Assembly (NCBI RefSeq): GCF_028369095.1
Contig: NZ_JAQNDN010000024.1
Coordinates: 153,350 to 217,349, forward strand
Origin: Nannocystis radixulma
Lineage (GTDB): Bacteria; Myxococcota_A; Polyangia; Nannocystales; Nannocystaceae
Direction: 5' to 3'
Length of the DNA stretch: 64,000 bases
Shown here: in pieces, positions 54,380 through 63,499 of the stretch
Layout of the letters: each line of letters opens with the position of its first letter
Position numbering within the stretch: the first letter of the stretch is position 1
Translations under genes and position numbers: made by a program
The notes under the pieces: generated by a model
Databases searched by the model: none
What the model was told of the DNA's origin: nothing
The model's input: only the letters and a program-made list of their open reading frames with translations

Positions 54380-55231
54380 TCAGTGCAGGGCGAAGTTCTC
54401 CACGAACCGCGAATTGTCGGCCTCGCCCAGCACGTAGCCGAGCATCGACGAGTCGGCGACCGCCAGCACTTCGCCGGCGCCGATCGTCTCGAGCGCGACG
54501 ACGACGTCGCCGCCGGAGATCCGTCCGACGGCGACGCTGTCCGGGCCCATGACGACGTGCCCGGAGTAGTAGGCGATGAGCGAGCCGACGCCGTCGGTGA
54601 GCGGCGGCGTCGGTGTGACGTCGAGGACGGTCGACTCGAGCTCCGCGCCGCCGTCGCCGGCGAGCCGCAGGCCGGCCCCGAGCGCGGCGAGCAGCATGTT
54701 GTGGCCGTCGGCGTTGCTCCAACAGCCGTTCTTGCAGTGCTCCATCACCAGCACGAGCCGCCCGCCGCCGTTCACCAGCGCCGACGCGGCCGCGTCGACC
54801 TCGGCCGGGAACACGGTCTGCGGGTTCATGTACACCAGCGTGCCGTACAGCTGGGCGAAGCCGTCCGGCAGCTCGGTCCCCTGAGCGACGGGGACGCCGG
54901 CGCCGGTGAGCACGTCCACGACCGCGTCGACGTACAGATCGGTGGCGGGGCCACCACCGCTCGCACCTGTCCACAAGAACACCCCATCCGGGACGTCGAG
55001 CGGCGCCGCGGTGGTGGCGTCGGTGCTCACGTCGGTGCTGGTCGGCGCGGGCTCGGTGGCCGTCGCGTCGGTGCTCTCGCTGCCGGCCTCGCCGGGCTCG
55101 GTGGTGCCGCCCGCGGTGGGCGAGCTGCTCGCCGTGACGGCGGCCGTGAGGGGCGAGGCGCCGTCGTCGCCGCAGGCGCTCAGCGCGAGGACCACGGCCG
55201 TGACGTGTCGGAGGTGCGCGGGGTGGTGCAT
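54380..55231 (-). CDS. hypothetical lipoprotein
   Basis: VTAVVLALSACGDDG lipobox with a Thr/Ala/Glu-rich linker and a globular domain. The ORF extends to 55270 but the signal starts at M 55231. Confidence 0.5.
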   Translation of the reverse strand: MHHPAHLRHVTAVVLALSACGDDGASPLTAAVTASSSPTAGGTTEPGEAGSESTDATATEPAPTSTDVSTDATTAAPLDVPDGVFLWTGASGGGPATDLYVDAVVDVLTGAGVPVAQGTELPDGFAQLYGTLVYMNPQTVFPAEVDAAASALVNGGGRLVLVMEHCKNGCWSNADGHNMLLAALGAGLRLAGDGGAELESTVLDVTPTPPLTDGVGSLIAYYSGHVVMGPDSVAVGRISGGDVVVALETIGAGEVLAVADSSMLGYVLGEADNSRFVENFALH

Positions 55232-55494
55232 GGGGCGCGCATGATGGGCCCGAGGCCGGTGCGAGCGCAACGGGTCGCGGAGGCCCCAGCTTGCAGTCGC
55301 CTCCGGTCGAGGTCGCTGGCGCGGACACGCAGACGAGATGTCTCTCGGGTCATGTCATGACATTGGCCTTCGAATCACCGCACCAGGCGCCGGCGGCCGC
55401 GACGCCGTGAGCAGAGGCCGATCTGCGGCGAGCGGCGATCGCCTGAATAGGCGAAGTCGACGCGCGTCCGTGCGCACCGAGGTTTTAAAAACAA

Positions 55495-56013
55495 ATGCAC
55501 AAGCTCATCGTGACCCTGTTGGCGCTCCTCTTCAGCGTGACCGGTTGCAGCTTCACGCTCGCGTCGTCCGGCGGGTGGGGGGCGGACGGCCCCGCGCCAC
55601 TCGTGGCCAGCCGGGGCCACGGCTCGTCGTTCAACGGCGACTCGGTGCGCCACGGCTTCGGTAAGCCGGCCCGGCGCGTCGATGCCGATCGACCGGCGAA
55701 GCCGCCGAAGGCGAACAAGCCGGCGATCGAGTGGGCGGGGGAGGTGCCGACGAAGATGAAGAAGCCGGCGATCGAGTGGGCCGGGGAGGTGCCGAAGAAG
55801 ATGAAGAAGCCGGCGATCGAGTGGGTGGGGGAGGCGCCGACGAAGGCGAAGCAGCCCGCGATCACGTGGGCGGGGAAGGTGCCGCAGAAGCAGAAGCAGC
55901 CGGCGATCGAGTGGGCGGGGAAGGTGCCGGCGAAGCTGAAGAAGACCGCGAAGAAGCCGGCGAAGCAGCCGGAGATCACGTGGGCCGGCACCGTCCCGCC
56001 GGTCCCGCAATGA
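55495..56013 (+). CDS. lipoprotein with six 14-aa (42-bp) tandem repeats [K]KPAIEWAGEVPxKx
   Basis: ATG preceded by an unusually AT-rich leader (gaggttttaaaaacaaATG). Lipobox LLFSVTGC. Repeats span 55716-55970. Confidence 0.6.
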   Translation: MHKLIVTLLALLFSVTGCSFTLASSGGWGADGPAPLVASRGHGSSFNGDSVRHGFGKPARRVDADRPAKPPKANKPAIEWAGEVPTKMKKPAIEWAGEVPKKMKKPAIEWVGEAPTKAKQPAITWAGKVPQKQKQPAIEWAGKVPAKLKKTAKKPAKQPEITWAGTVPPVPQ

Positions 56014-56042
56014 GGTCGAGCGCGGCGCCGATCTCGCTCACA

Positions 56043-56124
56043 CGGCCATGTCCACGGGGACATGGCCGTTTTTCTATGTCCGGAACGACATGCTCAGGAG
56101 GACATTTCCTTCAGGGCATGTCAG
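56043..56124. repeat. 14-bp-period CATG repeat array, 6 units (56047, 56061, 56075, 56089, 56103, 56117)
   Basis: Exact period. It lies between convergent genes. Confidence 0.8.
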
Positions 56125-57245
56125 GGCGGGAAGCTCGAGCAGGCCGCGTCGACCAGGGTGGTCAGCGCCTCGGTGAAGGCGTCGCCGATCGGGTCGTCGC
56201 CGCGCTTCTTGCACATCGTGCGATACATGCCGTGCGCGCCGAAGGCGTCGGCGACCTCGCGCAGCACCTTGGAGTCGGCGACCTCGCCGCCGCCGTAGGC
56301 GTTGTCGCAGCTGCCGTCGTCGCCGCCGATGCCGAGGAACACGACGCGCCCGGCGTCACCCTTGGCGGCGAGGATGGCGTCGTGGATCTCCGCGACGTCG
56401 TCGGGGTCGACCAGCGCCTCGTCCTCGTCGGTGATGGCGACCACGAACAACACCGAGTCGGGGCGCGAGAAGCCGGCGTTGACGGCGACGTCGGGGGACA
56501 GCGCGCGAGCGGCCGTCCACGCCGGCTGCTCGTCCTCGTCGTCGCCGTCGTCGCAGGTGTCGGGGATCGAGTTGTAGCCGCCGTTGTCGCCGCCGTTGCC
56601 CGCGAGCGCCTCGTCCTGGTACGGCAGCTGGACCACGCAGGCGAACTTCTGCGCGACCCCGGGGTCGTCCGAGGCCAGCCAGTTGCGGCCGTCGGGGAAC
56701 TCGCAGTCGGTGTCGCCCGCGCCGTAGTTGTGAAAGTTGGGCGGCGCCGGGCAGGCGTTGATGACGGCGATGTGGAAATCGTCGATGCCCTCGCCGACCT
56801 CGAGCGCCAGCGTGGCCTGGATCTCGGCGAAGGTCGCGGGCAGCGAGGCGAGCGCGTCGGCCATGCTCGCCGAGGCGTCGACGACCAGCAGCACGTCGAC
56901 CTTGGTGCACACCTCGAACTCGCCGGGCATGTCCGCGGTGGGCGGCAACGAGGTGGCGTCGTCGCTGGTGGCCGGCGAGGAGTCGCCGCCCGTGCTGCCC
57001 GGCGGGGCGGTGGTGGTCGGCGCGTCGCCGGTGGTCTCGCCGGCGCTGGCGCTGCCTTCGGTCGGCACCTGCGAGTCGCTGCCGGTCGAGGTCGTGGTCG
57101 CGGTGGAGGTCGCGGTCGCGCTGGCCGTCGCAGTCGTGACGCCGCTGCCGAAGCCGCCGGCGTCGCCCTCGTCGCCGCTCGCACAGGCGCCCACCAGAAC
57201 AAGATGGCTCAAGAGACAGATGGCTGGCCGCGAGGTCTTCACGGG
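56121..57245 (-). CDS. vWA-domain lipoprotein with Thr/Ser/Gly-rich linker
   Basis: Lipobox LVLVGAC, low-complexity linker, then a von Willebrand A domain (VDVLLVVDASASM, MIDAS-like DxSxS). Start is probably a non-ATG codon near 57245; the ORF runs to 57281. Confidence 0.55.
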   Translation of the reverse strand, partial: PVKTSRPAICLLSHLVLVGACASGDEGDAGGFGSGVTTATASATATSTATTTSTGSDSQVPTEGSASAGETTGDAPTTTAPPGSTGGDSSPATSDDATSLPPTADMPGEFEVCTKVDVLLVVDASASMADALASLPATFAEIQATLALEVGEGIDDFHIAVINACPAPPNFHNYGAGDTDCEFPDGRNWLASDDPGVAQKFACVVQLPYQDEALAGNGGDNGGYNSIPDTCDDGDDEDEQPAWTAARALSPDVAVNAGFSRPDSVLFVVAITDEDEALVDPDDVAEIHDAILAAKGDAGRVVFLGIGGDDGSCDNAYGGGEVADSKVLREVADAFGAHGMYRTMCKKRGDDPIGDAFTEALTTLVDAACSSFPP

Positions 57246-57384
57246 CGCGACGTTAGGCGCGCAATTGCACGCGCGCGTCACAGCCCGGTCGCAGGTCGGC
57301 TGCGGCGGCGCTCAGCGGTCGCGAGGGGTGGCTGCGGCAATCGACGATGGGAATGGCGAGTGCCGGTTGGAACTTCGCCGCCGG

Positions 57385-58287
57385 TCAGGAGGCGAGAGGT
57401 CGCGGGTCCCAGGCGGCCAGCGCCGCGTAGAAATCGGCGGGGTCGAGCGACGGGGGCAGCCCGGCGACCTGACCGTCGCCCAGCTCGATCGCGGTCCAGC
57501 CACCGGCCTGGCGCTCGGCGAGATCGAGGCTGAAGAAGCGGCTCGGGACGCGGCGCGCGAGCTCATCGAATGCGGGCGGAGCGGTCGCGTCGGCGATCTC
57601 CCACGCGGGCGCCTCGACGAGGACGCGACCGTCGGCGACGAAGCGCCGCCACTCGCGAGGGAGCGGCATGCCGCTCCTCGGGTGGATCCCGAGCGGCACC
57701 AGGGGTTCGTAGACGCGGAACACAAGCCCGCCGACGAGGTCGTCGCCCTGACGCTCGAGGAAGTTGCCGACCACGCGCCGCACCTCGAGGTGGTCGTCGG
57801 CGGCGCGGATGAAACAAGCGTCGTTCCACTCGTGCTTGCGCGATTTGACGTAGTCCTTGACGACGAGCGCACGCCCGCCGAATCGCGCCAGCGCGGCCTC
57901 GATGTGCGGCCACTCGAGGCCGGCCTCGCGGGGGAGCACGACGCTGTCGGGCGTGTCGTCGCCGAGGAAGGGCAGCGCGGCGGGCAGCAGGTGGGCGCTG
58001 CGATAGGCGGCCGGGTCGTTGACCAATTGCAGGCCCCGCGCGAGGAGGCCGGAGTACAGCGTGTCGTAGTGTTCGACCCGCAACATCCAGCCGCGGTATA
58101 CGACGACCTCCGCCGCCTCACCGGGCCGCACTCGACGTAGCGCCGCGGTGACGTCACCGGCGGCCAGCGCCTCGAAATCGACGCACGACCACGCGAGCCC
58201 GACCGCGTCCGCGGCCGCGACCTCGAGCGCGAATGCGCGATCGGGACGCGATGCGACGAGTGGATCGGTGCAGAAGAGGACGCGCAT
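57385..58287 (-). CDS. ATP-grasp domain protein (real C-terminal 300 aa of a 1180-aa artefactual antisense ORF)
   Basis: MRVLFCTDPL... with ATP-grasp-like motifs (ALVVKDYVKSRKHEW, GLVFRVYEPL, ELGDGQVAGLP). Start ATG at 58287 located by reverse complement. Diverges from vgrG. Confidence 0.55.
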   Translation of the reverse strand: MRVLFCTDPLVASRPDRAFALEVAAADAVGLAWSCVDFEALAAGDVTAALRRVRPGEAAEVVVYRGWMLRVEHYDTLYSGLLARGLQLVNDPAAYRSAHLLPAALPFLGDDTPDSVVLPREAGLEWPHIEAALARFGGRALVVKDYVKSRKHEWNDACFIRAADDHLEVRRVVGNFLERQGDDLVGGLVFRVYEPLVPLGIHPRSGMPLPREWRRFVADGRVLVEAPAWEIADATAPPAFDELARRVPSRFFSLDLAERQAGGWTAIELGDGQVAGLPPSLDPADFYAALAAWDPRPLAS

Positions 58288-58413
58288 GCGGACATCATAG
58301 CGAGCGCGTACGCGCGCCGCTGCATACCCCTGCAGATCGAGTATGCGCGACATCGGCCGGCAGCGGCCGCTCGACCCTCTGTTACGATGGCTCCTTCCGG
58401 GGGGTGGTAGGGG

Positions 58414-60543
58414 TTGATCGCCAACTTGATCTCGGCGCTGACCGGTAACGCGGCGCTGTTCACGTTCACGGCCGACGCGGGGGAGCTCGATGTGGTCCGC
58501 TTCGCCGGCTTCGAGGCGGTGTCCTCGCTGTTCGAGCTGCGCATCGAACTCGCCGGCGGCGAGCTCGATCTGGCGGCGCTGGTCGACAAGCCGGCGATGC
58601 TGATGATCGGCGGCATCGATTCGCCGCGGCACATCCACGGCCTGATATGCGGCGCGGAGTACCACGGCGAGCTGCGCCAGCACCACGTGTACGAGGTGAC
58701 GCTGGTGCCGCGGGTGTGGCGGCTGACGCGGCGCCAGGACAGCCGGATCTTCCAGCGCAAGACGACGCAGACGATCGTCGGCGAGGTGCTCGAGAAGGCC
58801 GGGATCCCGCGCGACTGGTTCCGCTTCGACCTGTTCTCCTCGTACAACCCGCGCGACTACTGCGTGCAGTACCACGAGTCGGACTGGGATTTCGTCAGCC
58901 GGCTGCTCGAGGAGGACGGCATCTACTATTCCTTCGAGCACACCGCCGAGAAGCACGTATTGGTGATGAGCGACAAGCCGGCGGCGCCGAAGATCGCCGG
59001 CAAGACCGAGGTGTGGTGGGCGCCGCCGCACGGGTTCGTGCGCGACCAGGAGCACATCACCCGCTTCCGCCTGGTCGAGGGCGTGCGCACCGGCAAGTCC
59101 TCGCTGCGCGACCACAACCTGCACAAGCCCGACGCGCAGATGGACGCCTCCGAGACGGCCGCTGTGGCGACCGACCTCGAGGTCTACGACTTCCCGGGCG
59201 AGTACCAGGACACCAGCGGCCGCACCTCCGACCAGGGCCCCGGGCTGGCGAAGATCCGCCTCGAGGCGATGCAGCACGATCGCCGGCGCGGCCTCGGCGA
59301 GAGCGACTGTCCGCGCCTCGTGCCCGGCTACGCGTTCACGCAGGCCGGCCACCAGCGCGGCGACCTCGACGGCGACTACAAGCTGCTGCGCGTCGAACAC
59401 AGGGGCGAGCAGTCGCAGGTGCTCGAGCAGGACGCGAGCACCGCGTTCTTCTACAAGAACAACTTCGTGTGCATCGAGGCGAAGACGCCGTATCGACCGC
59501 CGCGCGTGACGCCCCGGCCGACGGTGAAGGGCGTGCAGACGGCGACGGTGGTCGGGCCGCCGAACGAGGAGATCTACGTCGACGAGCACGCGCGGGTGAA
59601 GGTGCAGTTCCACTGGGACCGCAGCGACGGGTTCAACGAGGACTCGTCGTGCTGGGTCCGCGTCAGTCAGCTGTGGGCCGGCAACTCGTGGGGGGCGATG
59701 TTCATCCCGCGGATCGGCCACGAGGTGCTGGTCGACTTCATCGAGGGCGACCCCGATCGCCCGGTGATCGTCGGCCGGATCTACCACGGCCTCAACCTGC
59801 CGCCGTACCCGCTGCCGGAGCAGAAGACCAAGAGCACCATCAAGTCCGACACCTACCAGGGAGCCGGATACAACGAGCTGCGCTTCGAGGACCAGAAGGG
59901 GATCGAGCAGGTCTTCATGCACGCGCAGCGCAACCTCGACATCCGCGTCCTGCACGACCGGATGGAGAGCGTGCTGCACAACCGCCACCTGACCGTCGGC
60001 AGCAACGACGGTGGGTCGAAGATCGGCGACTACTTCGAGAACATCTGGCGCGACCACCACTGGCGCATCGATCGCAACCGCAACGAGCACGTCGGGGCCG
60101 ACCTGCGGATCCGCGTCGGCGGCATCGACGGCGTCGGCCACGTCGACACCATCATCGAGGGCAACCGCCGCGAGCTGGTGATGCAGAGCCAGAGCCTCGA
60201 GATCAAGGGCGACCTCAAGATCAAGGTCGGCGGCGGCCACCACGAGCAGGTCCTGGGCGACGTCCACCGCAAGGTCACCGGCCTGCTGTCGGTCGAGGCG
60301 ATGCAGGAGGTCCACTACAAGTCGGCCAAGGTCGTGGTCGAGGCGTCGCAGGGCCTGACCATCCGCGGCCCCGGCGGGTTCATCACGATCCACGCCGGCG
60401 GCATCGACATCGTCGGCACGCTGGTGAAGATCAACAGCGGCGGGCGAGCGCTCACCGGCACCCCGGCGGGCCCGCAGGACCCCGACGAGGCCAAGCCGAT
60501 CGACCCGACCAAGCCCGACCCGGCCGACAGCGGCGGTATCTGA
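58414..60543 (+). CDS. vgrG: type VI secretion VgrG spike protein (gp27/gp5-like domains, no C-terminal effector domain)
   Basis: Conserved N-terminal FTFTADAGELDVVRFAGFEAVSSLFELRIEL. gp5 OB and beta-helix regions (GRIYHGLNLPPYPLP...KSDTYQGAGYNELRFEDQKGIEQVFMHAQ). Start is TTG at 58414, and an in-frame TAG lies 6 nt upstream. Confidence 0.85.
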   Translation: MIANLISALTGNAALFTFTADAGELDVVRFAGFEAVSSLFELRIELAGGELDLAALVDKPAMLMIGGIDSPRHIHGLICGAEYHGELRQHHVYEVTLVPRVWRLTRRQDSRIFQRKTTQTIVGEVLEKAGIPRDWFRFDLFSSYNPRDYCVQYHESDWDFVSRLLEEDGIYYSFEHTAEKHVLVMSDKPAAPKIAGKTEVWWAPPHGFVRDQEHITRFRLVEGVRTGKSSLRDHNLHKPDAQMDASETAAVATDLEVYDFPGEYQDTSGRTSDQGPGLAKIRLEAMQHDRRRGLGESDCPRLVPGYAFTQAGHQRGDLDGDYKLLRVEHRGEQSQVLEQDASTAFFYKNNFVCIEAKTPYRPPRVTPRPTVKGVQTATVVGPPNEEIYVDEHARVKVQFHWDRSDGFNEDSSCWVRVSQLWAGNSWGAMFIPRIGHEVLVDFIEGDPDRPVIVGRIYHGLNLPPYPLPEQKTKSTIKSDTYQGAGYNELRFEDQKGIEQVFMHAQRNLDIRVLHDRMESVLHNRHLTVGSNDGGSKIGDYFENIWRDHHWRIDRNRNEHVGADLRIRVGGIDGVGHVDTIIEGNRRELVMQSQSLEIKGDLKIKVGGGHHEQVLGDVHRKVTGLLSVEAMQEVHYKSAKVVVEASQGLTIRGPGGFITIHAGGIDIVGTLVKINSGGRALTGTPAGPQDPDEAKPIDPTKPDPADSGGI

Positions 60544-60558
60544 CCCGAGGGACATGTC

Positions 60559-61179
60559 ATGCCGCCCGCAGCACGCATCACAGACATGCACGTGTGCCCG
60601 GTGCCGACCCACGTCGGCGGTCCGGTGGCCGTCGGCGAGACCTCCGTGATCATCGGCATGATGCCGGCCGCGCGCGAGGGCGACAAGCTGGTGTGCGCCA
60701 CCGGCCCCGACAGCGTCGCCCGCGGCGAGCCGACGGTGCTCATCGGCAACAAGCCGGCCGCGCGCCTCGGTGACCCGACCACCCACGGCGGTACGATCGT
60801 CGTCGGCTGCCCGACGGTGATCATCGGCTCGTCGGCCCAGGTCGAGGCGCTGCGCACCGACAAGCCGTTCTGCGAGGAGTGCGAGAAGGCCCGCAACACG
60901 GTGCTGCTGCTCGAGCACAGGTACCACGACGACGAGCCGGTGCAGAACGCCGAGTACGAGGTGGAGCTGCGCGACGGGACGATCCTCAAGGGCAAGCTCG
61001 ACGCCGAGGGCAAGGCCCGCATCGAGGGCGTGCCGCCCGAGCGCGCCCGCGTGCGCTACGGCCCCGACACGCGCAATTGGGAGCGCAAGGAGCAGACGCC
61101 CAACCCGCAGTTCAAGGAGTCGTTCTCGAGCGAGGACGCCGACGCGCTGATCGACGCCGTCATGGGTGGGGGGCGATGA
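60559..61179 (+). CDS. PAAR-domain protein with a C-terminal extension of about 110 aa
   Basis: PAAR repeats (MPPAARITDMHVCP...MPAAREGDKLVC...KPAARLGDPTTHGG). ATG is preceded by gagggacatgtc. Confidence 0.8.
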   Translation: MPPAARITDMHVCPVPTHVGGPVAVGETSVIIGMMPAAREGDKLVCATGPDSVARGEPTVLIGNKPAARLGDPTTHGGTIVVGCPTVIIGSSAQVEALRTDKPFCEECEKARNTVLLLEHRYHDDEPVQNAEYEVELRDGTILKGKLDAEGKARIEGVPPERARVRYGPDTRNWERKEQTPNPQFKESFSSEDADALIDAVMGGGR

Positions 61180-62594
61180 GCGGCGGCGAGTACATGCGCC
61201 TCGTCACCGACGCCGGTGACTGGATCTGGGGCCTGGTGATCGGCGGCTTCAACGAGCAGCAGACGGTCAGCCAGATCATCGTCGACGCGATCATCGGCAT
61301 GATCCCCGTCGTCGGCGACGTCACTGCCGTGCGCGACCTGCTGGCGGTGACGATCCGCCTGGCCGACCAGCCCGAGAAGCGCGAGGACCCGATGCAGTGG
61401 GTCGAGCTGGTGATCGGCCTGCTCGCGCTGATCCCGGTCGCGGGCGGGGCGATCAAGGGCGTCGGCAAGCTGCTGATGCGGGTCGGCAGGGAGGCGGCGC
61501 AGCACCCGGGGATCCTCCGCGAGGCGATCCAGCTGCTGAACCGGCTCGGGGCCGGCGACGCGGTCCGCTTCATGCGCGAGCTCGATCTCCTGCAGTACAT
61601 CCCGAACCTGCAGGCCAACTTCCGCGAGCTCGTGCGCCGCGTCGGTGCAGTCATCGACCGCGTCAAGCAGCGCACGCGGTGGGTCATGCCCGACTCGATG
61701 AAGCAGCGCCTCGACCAGCTCAAGACCAGGATGAACGAGCTGCTGGCGATCGCCGACCGCATGATCCCGCGGGCGGTCCGCGATCTCAACGACCGCCTGA
61801 AGCTGATCCAGCGCCACCTCTATCAGGGCGACTGGAACGCGATCCCGTCGAGCCTGCGGGCCAGCACGCGCGAGGCCGAGGCGGGGCTGGTCAACTTCCG
61901 CCGGTTGCCGCTGGACAACGAGCTGGTTCATCGCTCGTCGACGATCGCCAACTACCGCCACCGCGCGGGCTGGCCCGACCTGCGCCGCGGGCGGCACACC
62001 GCCGGCGGTCGCTATCAGTCGATCTCGACCTTCAGCGGCACCCTGCGGGCGGTCGAGCTCAAGTCCGGCGACGAGATCTATCGCATCGTCAACAACAGCG
62101 CCAGCCGCCCGTACACGATGACCGGCGACTGCTGGACGCGCACGCGACCGGCGAGCGGCCGCCGGTGGCGCGAGGACTACGCCGTGCTCGAGTCGTGGAA
62201 CAGCAACGGCGAGATCATCGTGTTCCGGATCCCACACAACCCCGACGGCAGCGTGATGACGCTGCGCGCGTGGGAGGGCACGGTCGCCAGTCAGGTCCAG
62301 CGCGACGCGTCGCGGCACGACTTCGGCCAGGTGCTCAACGGCGGCGCCGATCAGCTGTTCATCGACTTCAGTCACCCGCACAACCAGCTCGTCGCGCCCC
62401 ACGCCCGGAACGCGCGGGTGGAACAGACCGGCTGGACCGATCACCTCGGCGTCAACCTCCCGACGGCCCAGCACCGTGCCATCCTGCTCGAGGAGGCCGA
62501 GCGCGCCGAGAAGACCGGCAGCTTCCAGGACGTCACCCGCGTCACCGCGGCCACGGCGCGCGCGAACCGCCAGGAGGAGCAGCCGCGACAATGA
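61176..62594 (+). CDS. putative T6SS cargo effector: N-terminal hydrophobic/Gly-zipper region plus an uncharacterized C-terminal toxin domain
   Basis: ATGA overlap with the PAAR stop. N-terminus WIWGLVIGGFNEQQTVSQIIVDAIIGMIPVVGDVTAVRDL is membrane- or chaperone-binding-like. The C-terminal domain of about 200 aa has no motif I can assign. Confidence 0.5.
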   Translation: MSGGEYMRLVTDAGDWIWGLVIGGFNEQQTVSQIIVDAIIGMIPVVGDVTAVRDLLAVTIRLADQPEKREDPMQWVELVIGLLALIPVAGGAIKGVGKLLMRVGREAAQHPGILREAIQLLNRLGAGDAVRFMRELDLLQYIPNLQANFRELVRRVGAVIDRVKQRTRWVMPDSMKQRLDQLKTRMNELLAIADRMIPRAVRDLNDRLKLIQRHLYQGDWNAIPSSLRASTREAEAGLVNFRRLPLDNELVHRSSTIANYRHRAGWPDLRRGRHTAGGRYQSISTFSGTLRAVELKSGDEIYRIVNNSASRPYTMTGDCWTRTRPASGRRWREDYAVLESWNSNGEIIVFRIPHNPDGSVMTLRAWEGTVASQVQRDASRHDFGQVLNGGADQLFIDFSHPHNQLVAPHARNARVEQTGWTDHLGVNLPTAQHRAILLEEAERAEKTGSFQDVTRVTAATARANRQEEQPRQ

Positions 62595-63499
62595 GCGAAG
62601 AGTACCCCGCGCCGCTGGTGCGCCCGTGCGACCCGGACGAGCTGATCGTCACCGACGCCATGCGCGCCGAGGTGTTCTGGTGCCTGCGCCGCTACTCGTC
62701 GCTGGCCTACGCCAACCGGGCCGCCGAGCTGCTGCGCGGCTTCCTCGGCGGGTTCGAGGCGTGGGCCCGCCAGGCGCCGCCCGCGAGGACAGGTTTCTCG
62801 AGACAGGTCCTGAAGACCATGTACGCGTACCTCGCGGCGTTCGAGGAGGCGCCGGGCGAGCTGCTCGGCAACCGCGCCAGCCGCGGCTACGACGCGCTCG
62901 AGCGGGCGGCGTTCCTGTGCGAGATCGAGGGGCCGGCGTTCGACGGCGGCGGCCCGTGGTTCGAGTTCGGCTACGGCGGCCGGGTGCGGCCGTCGACCGG
63001 GCTTTACGCGTGGGCCGAGCGGGCGGTCGACATGGCGACGCGGATCCGCTTCACGGTGCGGGCCGAGTGGGCCTACACGCGGATCCTGTCCGAAGGGCCA
63101 CCCGAGGCGTTCCGCCCGCGCCGCTTCCCGCCGGGGCTCGAGCCGCTGCCCGCGCCGCACGGGCCGACGATCGCTACCGGCGAGGTCGTGCCGATCACCG
63201 GGGTGTGGGTGCCGGTCCACGTGGCGAACGGCTGCCCCAACTTCCTCGTCGCCAACAACCGCGCGCCCGAACTGACGGTCGAGGCCCAGCGCGTCGACAC
63301 GGCCGCGTGGCCGGGCAGCCCCGAGGAGCCGGCGCGCCCGGCCACCGTCGAGTACGTCCATGCGACCCGCCCGACCAGCTGGCGCCTGGCCTGGGAGGAC
63401 ATCCGCTACCGCGCCGGCGTCGAGCCCGACGAGTCCGAGTTCCTCGACGAGGACAACGCCTTGCCGGCGTGGCGCCCGGTCCACCCGCTGCCGTCATGA
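62591..63499 (+). CDS. putative cognate immunity protein
   Basis: ATGA overlap with the effector stop. 302-aa acidic soluble protein. The position is the classic effector-immunity arrangement. Confidence 0.4.
   Translation: MSEEYPAPLVRPCDPDELIVTDAMRAEVFWCLRRYSSLAYANRAAELLRGFLGGFEAWARQAPPARTGFSRQVLKTMYAYLAAFEEAPGELLGNRASRGYDALERAAFLCEIEGPAFDGGGPWFEFGYGGRVRPSTGLYAWAERAVDMATRIRFTVRAEWAYTRILSEGPPEAFRPRRFPPGLEPLPAPHGPTIATGEVVPITGVWVPVHVANGCPNFLVANNRAPELTVEAQRVDTAAWPGSPEEPARPATVEYVHATRPTSWRLAWEDIRYRAGVEPDESEFLDEDNALPAWRPVHPLPS

Noticed and set aside
58387-58413. ATG at 58387 as the vgrG start
   Set aside because: An in-frame TAG at 58408-58410 separates it from the VgrG body, so the start must be downstream (TTG 58414), unless there is stop-codon readthrough or a sequencing error.
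57385-60927. 1180-aa minus-strand ORF spanning the vgrG region
   Set aside because: Only the C-terminal roughly 300 aa (57385-58287, the ATP-grasp protein starting MRVLFCTD) look like real protein. The rest is antisense to vgrG and PAAR and has junk composition.
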